Shown here: one piece after another, positions 57,877 to 64,000 of the stretch
Numbering within the stretch: the stretch's first letter is position 1
Layout of the letters: every line of letters starts with the position of its first letter
Origin: an uncultured Gammaproteobacteria bacterium
GTDB taxonomy: Bacteria > Patescibacteriota > Microgenomatia > CAZETR01 > Amesbacteraceae
DNA: 64,000 bases
Assembly (NCBI GenBank): GCA_964633995.1
Contig: CAZWKN010000004.1
Span: 1,260-65,259 of the forward strand
Direction of reading: 5' to 3'
The notes under the pieces: generated by a model
The model's input: the letters and a program-made list of their open reading frames with translations, nothing else
Databases searched by the model: none
Told to the model about the DNA's origin: nothing
Translations under genes and position numbers: made by a program

Positions 57877-58599
57877 ATGAACTGCCCGGGTTGTGGAGGA
57901 GAGCTGAATCCCATATCGGTTATGGGGTTTGATGATTCATATAGGTGTAGGAAATGTGGTGGTTTTTGGTTGGAATCTTGGATGGTTAATCAATTGCCCG
58001 AAAAAGATTTGGATCATGTGGTTCCGCTCAAAGTAGAAAATGCCCCCGATGGGGAAGGATTGTGTCCGGTGGATAAGGTAAGAATGACAGCGCTTGCGGG
58101 AGAAAATATTCCGACCGGACTTGTAATTGAAAAATGTGAGAAGTGTGGGTGGTGGTGGTTTCCAAAAGATAGTCTATTTGGCTTTAAGCAGGCATATGAC
58201 CTGAAGAAGAACTATCTGAAAGTATGGGGAAAGAAATCCGAGCAGGCGATGTTTGTATTGCCTGCACTGTTTACACTGGTTTTGGTAATCGGGCTTTCGG
58301 TGGGAGTGATAAAAGTAAAGAACAGGCAAAATACTGACGTGTCGGCGTCTTCGGAAGTGACGGGATTTGGGTCTGTTTATTTGGGAGCAGGCAGGACGAG
58401 TGTGGTGTTTCGGTCGAGTGGAAAAGTGTCGCAAGTATATTATAAAAAGGCTGGCGAGATAGACTGGAACAGTGCGGGGGTATCGGAAGACAATGGTTTA
58501 TATACTGCTGATTTAAAGTGGTTGGATTCTGATACGAACTACGTAGTTAAGGTATTGGAAAAGGAGTTTAAATTTAAAACCGGGAGGCAGGATTTATGA
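57877..58599 (+). CDS. double zinc-ribbon (zf-TFIIB-like) + TM + beta-sandwich protein, paralog 1
   Basis: MNCPGCGG...RCRKCGGFW, CPVD...CEKCGWWWF, TM, beta-rich C-terminus. Confidence 0.8.
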   Translation: MNCPGCGGELNPISVMGFDDSYRCRKCGGFWLESWMVNQLPEKDLDHVVPLKVENAPDGEGLCPVDKVRMTALAGENIPTGLVIEKCEKCGWWWFPKDSLFGFKQAYDLKKNYLKVWGKKSEQAMFVLPALFTLVLVIGLSVGVIKVKNRQNTDVSASSEVTGFGSVYLGAGRTSVVFRSSGKVSQVYYKKAGEIDWNSAGVSEDNGLYTADLKWLDSDTNYVVKVLEKEFKFKTGRQDL

Positions 58600-59312
58600 A
58601 ATGTCCGGGATGTGGAGGACCTTTGAATGAAGTTTCAATTGCCGGTTTTGATCGGTCTTTTAGGTGTTATACCTGTGGGGGATTTTGGACTCAATCGTGG
58701 GTGGTAAATCGGATGTCGCCACGGTCTATGGACAGATGGATGCCGGTTATTGTAGATGCCGATCTTTTAAAAATGGGAACCATGGTGTGTCCGACAGATT
58801 TGACGCCGCTAACCCGGTTTACTGGTGAAAGCATGCCAACTAATTTGCCGGTCGAAAAATGTGATAAGTGTGGGTGGTGGTGGTGGCCGGAGGATACGCT
58901 GTTTAGATATAAGCCGGCACAAGAAGCGAAGATTAATTATTTTAAATTGTGGGGGAAAGCCGCAGACGCGACAGCCCTAATACTGCCAGTTATGAGTGTG
59001 GTTTTGTTGATTGTGGGGGCGGCCATAGGGGTAGGGTTGGTAAAAGTGCGACAAGAATCGAGCATAAACGCTTCGGGTTACGCGAGGGCTTTTTTTGCGA
59101 CGTATTTGGGGAATGGACGGGAGTTTATTAGTTTCCAGTCGATGCAAAAAATTGACAGTGTGGAATATCAGGCGAAAGGGTTGGCTTATTGGACTAAAAT
59201 GAATGTGTCTTCTGAAAATGGGGTATATACACTTGAGATAAAGAATCTAAAAGAGGGGGAGAGGTACAGCGTGAGAATTTTGGGGAAAGAATTCGAATTT
59301 GTGGCTAGGTAG
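58596..59312 (+). CDS. double zinc-ribbon + TM + beta-sandwich protein, paralog 2
   Basis: MKCPGCGG...RCYTCGGFW, CPTD...CDKCGWWWW; collinear with paralog 1. Confidence 0.8.
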   Translation: MKCPGCGGPLNEVSIAGFDRSFRCYTCGGFWTQSWVVNRMSPRSMDRWMPVIVDADLLKMGTMVCPTDLTPLTRFTGESMPTNLPVEKCDKCGWWWWPEDTLFRYKPAQEAKINYFKLWGKAADATALILPVMSVVLLIVGAAIGVGLVKVRQESSINASGYARAFFATYLGNGREFISFQSMQKIDSVEYQAKGLAYWTKMNVSSENGVYTLEIKNLKEGERYSVRILGKEFEFVAR

Positions 59313-59508
59313 TTTTGGGGGTCATGCCCAAAAGCCAAAGGACTGCTTCCTTTTTGTACCTGCGATCGCCTCGAGAGTTGATTCTGATTGGTGTAAGTTT
59401 GCCGCGTTTGCCCCAGCGCTTGATGGTGAGAGTGGAAACCCGAAGGACTTCTGCTACTTCGCGGACGGTGAGGAGGTCAGGGAGTTCGGTGAGACTTAAA
59501 GAAGCCAT
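59305..59508 (-). CDS. BldC/excisionase-like HTH_17 DNA-binding protein
   Basis: LLTVREVAEVLRVSTLTIKRWGKRGKLTPIRINSRGDRRY. Confidence 0.85.
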   Translation of the reverse strand: MASLSLTELPDLLTVREVAEVLRVSTLTIKRWGKRGKLTPIRINSRGDRRYKKEAVLWLLGMTPKTT

Positions 59509-59555
59509 TTGATATATAAGTTAGTACTTTGATGGGGATATGTCAATAGTGCACA

Positions 59556-60938
59556 ATGGTTTATACTAAGAATGACGTGAATGTTTCTAAATTATCTTTG
59601 TGGTTTCAGATAGTTTTGGTGGTTTTTTTTATCATCTCATTGTTGATAATTGTTCGGTTGTTTCCCAAAAAACAATCATTTCATACCCAAGCTGCGGCTT
59701 GTTCGGATTTTTCAACCCAAGTTATTTGTTCTGCTCAGCCAAATTGTAGGTGGCAATTAGGCCAACTTGTTAATTGTAGTGGGGTTCCTCCTTGTCAAAG
59801 TTCTTCCTGTACTATTCAAGACAATTATTCCCAATGTAATTCGAGTTGGGTTGATTTACGGTGTACTAGTCGTTCAGGTTGCTCTTTTGCAGAGGTTAGA
59901 CGACAATGTTCGGGTTTGACGCAAACCCAGTGTCAGGCCACAGTTTTCTGCTCACCCCTGACGACGGCGTGCGCTTTTTCGGGTGGTGTATGCCCCACTG
60001 GTTGTAATTATGGTGCCGCATCTGCTGCAAAGTGTTGGGGCAGATCAGGTTGTGAACGTAATACTAGCCAAACTTCGTGTTTAACCTATAGCTGTCAGTG
60101 GACACCGAGTAAGCCTGCGACCTGTACAGGATCTCGATATACCGGATGCGGAGGGGGGAGTTGGCTTGAAAGTACCACTTGTTCTGGTACTTATATTTCT
60201 TCCAGATCGTGTGCTGGTAGTTACACATCTGCGGGATCTTGTGTGTCAGTTCCGCCTACAGCCATACCCACTCCCACACCCGTTCCGCCTACTCCTGTCC
60301 CTGTCGCAAATTGCAACACATCGATTCCGGCAAATGATTACATAGCATATTATCTTTATCATCTTACCGGACCTGAATCTTTTGCTGCTGGAGCATTGCG
60401 GTGGACGGGAAATCTGGGTAAAAACTACGGCAAAGAGTGTTATTGGGATGTGGTGAATCAATCTTATCAGAGAGGCGTAGATCCGGGATTTACTCTAGCG
60501 GTGTGGTTGCATGAGAGCGGTGCTAGTAACTATGTTCGTTTTGCACCTAATCCAGTACTCGATTTTGGAGTTCTGGGTTCGAATAATAACAATTTAAGTA
60601 TACAACTGGGTGCTTTCTTGGGATTGCCGGCACATTATTTAAGCGGGTGTAGTGCGGAAATATCTTCTGGAAAACTGCCGATGGAGGTATTTGTTTCTAA
60701 GTTCACTTCTGGTTATTGTAATCCTGATACAAATGCCGATGTTCGCTTAAGGGTGGATGGTTATATTCAAAAACTTCGAAACATATATCCCATGGCTACT
60801 AGTGATCCATTCCCAAATTATCCTACAGCTATCTCAAGTGAGGTTCGCCGGGTTGTTATTCCATCTCCCACGCTAGTAAAAACTACACCATTGCCGAAAT
60901 TTCCAATGATGAACACTGATTTGGAAACAGGTTTTTAA
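59556..60938 (+). CDS. membrane-anchored Cys-rich protein with C-terminal lysozyme-like domain
   Basis: TM, many Cys repeats, PT linker, GVDPGFTLAVWLHESG (glucosaminidase/SLT-like). Confidence 0.7.
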   Translation: MVYTKNDVNVSKLSLWFQIVLVVFFIISLLIIVRLFPKKQSFHTQAAACSDFSTQVICSAQPNCRWQLGQLVNCSGVPPCQSSSCTIQDNYSQCNSSWVDLRCTSRSGCSFAEVRRQCSGLTQTQCQATVFCSPLTTACAFSGGVCPTGCNYGAASAAKCWGRSGCERNTSQTSCLTYSCQWTPSKPATCTGSRYTGCGGGSWLESTTCSGTYISSRSCAGSYTSAGSCVSVPPTAIPTPTPVPPTPVPVANCNTSIPANDYIAYYLYHLTGPESFAAGALRWTGNLGKNYGKECYWDVVNQSYQRGVDPGFTLAVWLHESGASNYVRFAPNPVLDFGVLGSNNNNLSIQLGAFLGLPAHYLSGCSAEISSGKLPMEVFVSKFTSGYCNPDTNADVRLRVDGYIQKLRNIYPMATSDPFPNYPTAISSEVRRVVIPSPTLVKTTPLPKFPMMNTDLETGF

Positions 60939-63900
60939 GGCGATCCAGTAGCTGGTCCAAACCGTACGGCAGAACCTTCGTTGTATAGACGTTTCACTTG
61001 AGATGAAGATTGGGGATAGTTGTAAATTTGGACATTGTCTATTTGGCCGGTAAAGAAATCGCTAGCTCCGTCGGCTGATCCGATATAAAAAGATCTCGTA
61101 GTTAGAGACGAGGGGGATCCAGCTGGTGCTCCAGCGGTGTTGCCATTTACATAGAGAGTATTGGTGCCGGCATTGTTGACCCAAACGACATGTTGCCAGC
61201 TATTTAGACTAATTCTATTGTCTAGTCCGTAGTTACATGAAGCACCGTTGACGCACAAGGAAAGAGAAGCGTTTGTCTGGCGAATATAAAAAGTATAACC
61301 AGCTGTGCCACTATCGCGGGATACTATTGTGGGGAATCCTCCACCCCAACTGGTGGGATAAATCCATGCGGAAATTGTAAAATTGGTGGTTAGATTAAAA
61401 TTGGCATCTGTAGCCACTGACACCTGGTCATTTGTGCCGTCGAAGCCGAGTGATGAATTGTATTTTCCAGTAGTTCCGTCGTTCCACATTTCAGTGGTAG
61501 TGCCACTACTACATGATCCGACTGTATCGTTGTCTCCAGTTGTGTCGCCGGGAGTAATGGTGCCGTTCATGCCGGCGGCTTGGCCTTGGGAGTTGAGGGC
61601 GGCATTATAAGCGGTGGCGCCACTACATTCGTCAAATTTGTACCAGGCAATAGGCGCGCCTTGGTTATACAAATATTCGACTTGTGCTTTGGTGAGAGCA
61701 GAGCGAAAAATGCGGACATCGTCTATTTTCCCAGTAAATTCGTTGGCGGTACCGCATCCACCTGAAGCTTGAGCGTCGGTACCTATGCACAATCCTAGGG
61801 TATTGGAGAGTGAGCCAATTTCGGTGGGACTTGCACAATTTGTACAGCTTTCGTAGGTGTTGTATTCTACTCCGTTAAGATAGATGGCTGAACCAGCGAG
61901 GGTGGAATTATCAAATACGCCCACGATGTGATACCACTGGTTGAGAGTGTCGGTGCTGTGGTCTGGAGTACATACCTCGTATTGGTCTGAACCACCAGCA
62001 GTACCGTCGGACAGGTAGAAACATGTATTGCCACCATCGGTGTTATACCACCAGGATATATCGTAACCTGTTTCTGATGCTGTCCAAATTGAATCTTTCT
62101 TGGAAACAATTTGGGCGTCTTGGGTGTTAGCGGTGGGGTAAATCCATACAGAGATAGAAAATGAATCACCATCGGCGATATTTATGTTGTCTCCAAAAGA
62201 GACGTAGTCACTAGTGCCGTCGAACGTAACGGCGGATCCGATTTCGCCTTGGGTAAACGCAGTGTTTCCACTAAACGCACCGTCTATGCCTCCGCTCGAA
62301 GTGTCGCAAACATCGTTGGCGCCACCCGAGCAAGTGTTGGGTGTATTTTCGTCCATTTTCCATTGAGCAACCGCTGCTGGGAGTGAGAAGCCTTTGTCCG
62401 TATGGTCGTCAACTCCTCCCAACGTTATAGATGAATTGGCGTTCATGTCGAGTAGGACCTCAGAGGGGGAGAGGGCAGATCTGTATATTTTTACTTCGTC
62501 GATGTCGCCTGCGAATGAATTGGTGGCATCACCGTCATCGTCTCCTATGTACAACGCAGTTGCGTTTTCCAGGGAACCTGTGGCCGAGAGGCTGGTGTCC
62601 TGGCCTGCTAGTTTGCCGTCTACATACAGGTTTAATTTGCCTGAGGCGATATCCCTGATACAGACAACATGGTGCCAGGTGGCGTCGTAATAATCTGTCG
62701 TCGTCGTTGCCGTGTCTTCGGGATATGAGGTGGTGTCATCGTCCAGATCACAGGTAAGTAGTCCCGTGGAGTTGGCAAAGTACATTCTGTATCCTGCTAC
62801 GTTGCCGGCGGCTTTCTTTTGGATGATTACTTCGTCGTTGGTCACGGGATTAGTTGCCGAGTCGGACTTAACCCACATGCTTAAGGAGAAATCCGTACTG
62901 GCTGCAAAATCAAAATCGGCATCATCGGCACGAGACGCCCAGATGGAGCCAGTCCCATTCCAGGCACCACTATATTTACCGCTTGTAGTCCAGGAGGCAG
63001 AGGAAAGAGTGAGATCGTTGTTATTGTCAGTCAAATCATTAACATTAGTTCCTTGCATGTCATTAAAACTCCAACGAGATACATAGCTTCCTACAGGACT
63101 TCCTCCTGCAGGGTGACCGCCGTTCATATCCTCAATGATTTGCTTGGAAGTGCGGGCGTAGTTGTAGACACGTAGGTCATCGAGGTACCCGTATAGTTCC
63201 TGCGTAGTGTTGCAATTGGCGCCAGCGCCAAAAATTCCCAAACAAGCGACGTTGGTGTTGGCTAGAGAGCCGACGTTGGCCAGCGTGCCTGAAGTGGTGG
63301 TAGTTTGAGCAATACCATTGATATAGATGAGGTTGTTGGCAGAATTATTGCGATCGATTACTCCGGCTACGTGATACCAATTATTTAGGGCCATCGAGGA
63401 AGCCGAGGCGTAGATAAAATAAATATCTGTGCCGTCACTAATTTTCATACAGATTTGATTGGGTACGGTATCAGAAATTTGGCAGGTGGTACTGGAGCCT
63501 AAGAAAAAGGTCATGCCTGCACTAGTGCCATTTTGTTTGGAAATAATAGTGGAAGGATTGTTGAATGAAGCCAGACCTGCCAGGTTTATCCAGAAATCTA
63601 CTGAAATACTATTGGTGTCACTAAAATCAAGTGCATTGTTATCGCCCAGATTTATTGCTGAATCGCTCGTATTGCCATTAAAGTATAAAGAGGATCCGAT
63701 TTTCCCCGGGAGCCATTTGGGGCTGTTTACAAAAGATCCTGCAGAGCCGTTACCTGTGGCGTCGGTGACGCTGGTGCCCGTGTTTTCATCCAGTTTCCAC
63801 CAGCCTACTGGTCCGGGGGCGAAGGAGTAGAGAGCGGAGACTTCGGCAGGTGAGAGGGCGCGGTTGTAAATGCGTATTTCGTCCATTTTCCCGGTGTTGT

Positions 63901-64000
63901 TTAGATATGCTCCATTAGCTCGACCAACTTCAAATGCAGTAGCGTTGACGGCTGTGGTTGTGGTTACCACTACATGATTCCAAACACTTGCGGTCAGGGT
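60935..64000 (-). CDS. large LamG/concanavalin-A-like repeat surface protein, N-terminus outside the window
   Basis: Repeated PVGWWKLDE...GKIGSSLYFNG...WYHVAGV...G.IDDVRIY..ALS units; frame open to position 64000. Confidence 0.9.
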   Translation of the reverse strand, partial: TLTASVWNHVVVTTTTAVNATAFEVGRANGAYLNNTGKMDEIRIYNRALSPAEVSALYSFAPGPVGWWKLDENTGTSVTDATGNGSAGSFVNSPKWLPGKIGSSLYFNGNTSDSAINLGDNNALDFSDTNSISVDFWINLAGLASFNNPSTIISKQNGTSAGMTFFLGSSTTCQISDTVPNQICMKISDGTDIYFIYASASSMALNNWYHVAGVIDRNNSANNLIYINGIAQTTTTSGTLANVGSLANTNVACLGIFGAGANCNTTQELYGYLDDLRVYNYARTSKQIIEDMNGGHPAGGSPVGSYVSRWSFNDMQGTNVNDLTDNNNDLTLSSASWTTSGKYSGAWNGTGSIWASRADDADFDFAASTDFSLSMWVKSDSATNPVTNDEVIIQKKAAGNVAGYRMYFANSTGLLTCDLDDDTTSYPEDTATTTTDYYDATWHHVVCIRDIASGKLNLYVDGKLAGQDTSLSATGSLENATALYIGDDDGDATNSFAGDIDEVKIYRSALSPSEVLLDMNANSSITLGGVDDHTDKGFSLPAAVAQWKMDENTPNTCSGGANDVCDTSSGGIDGAFSGNTAFTQGEIGSAVTFDGTSDYVSFGDNINIADGDSFSISVWIYPTANTQDAQIVSKKDSIWTASETGYDISWWYNTDGGNTCFYLSDGTAGGSDQYEVCTPDHSTDTLNQWYHIVGVFDNSTLAGSAIYLNGVEYNTYESCTNCASPTEIGSLSNTLGLCIGTDAQASGGCGTANEFTGKIDDVRIFRSALTKAQVEYLYNQGAPIAWYKFDECSGATAYNAALNSQGQAAGMNGTITPGDTTGDNDTVGSCSSGTTTEMWNDGTTGKYNSSLGFDGTNDQVSVATDANFNLTTNFTISAWIYPTSWGGGFPTIVSRDSGTAGYTFYIRQTNASLSLCVNGASCNYGLDNRISLNSWQHVVWVNNAGTNTLYVNGNTAGAPAGSPSSLTTRSFYIGSADGASDFFTGQIDNVQIYNYPQSSSQVKRLYNEGSAVRFGPATGSP

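Noticed and set aside
59305-59508. Excisionase marking a prophage or ICE
   Set aside because: No integrase or phage genes nearby; the sequence fits a stand-alone BldC-like regulator

Overview
This window is a chromosomal fragment of a Patescibacteria (CPR) bacterium, most likely a Microgenomates-type lineage. That is inferred from gene content, the TrmB/BldC-like regulators, the PT-repeat surface proteins and the intron-containing 23S. It uses standard stop codons, and the + strand is G-rich throughout. Core content: a MacAB-type ABC transporter; an unlinked tRNA-Ala-23S-5S locus (no 16S) whose 23S carries a helix-45 insertion and an ORF-less group I intron; pyrG, rpsA, radA, rho and fni; a mur cluster with the MurL epimerase route; leuS, tyrS, proS, comEA/comEC, uppS and a polyprenyl synthase; a sortase with candidate substrates; two REP-associated tyrosine (HUH) transposases; and four tRNAs. 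The most unusual signals are non-coding. (1) A type I toxin-antitoxin-like locus at 18598-19142, where a convergent small RNA is complementary to the start of a leaderless, translationally coupled chain of small ORFs. (2) A second orphan sRNA of similar design. (3) An attenuator-like leader in front of the 23S-5S locus. (4) A pseudoknot-like leader that sequesters a Shine-Dalgarno sequence. (5) Damaged tRNA 3' duplicates carrying hairpin insertions. (6) Pervasive 7/8-bp tandem repeats and REP-like hairpins lying in frame inside housekeeping genes. (7) A window-wide leaderless (-10 box + 6 nt + start codon) gene architecture. All calls were made by eye from the sequence; no database searches or folding programs were run.
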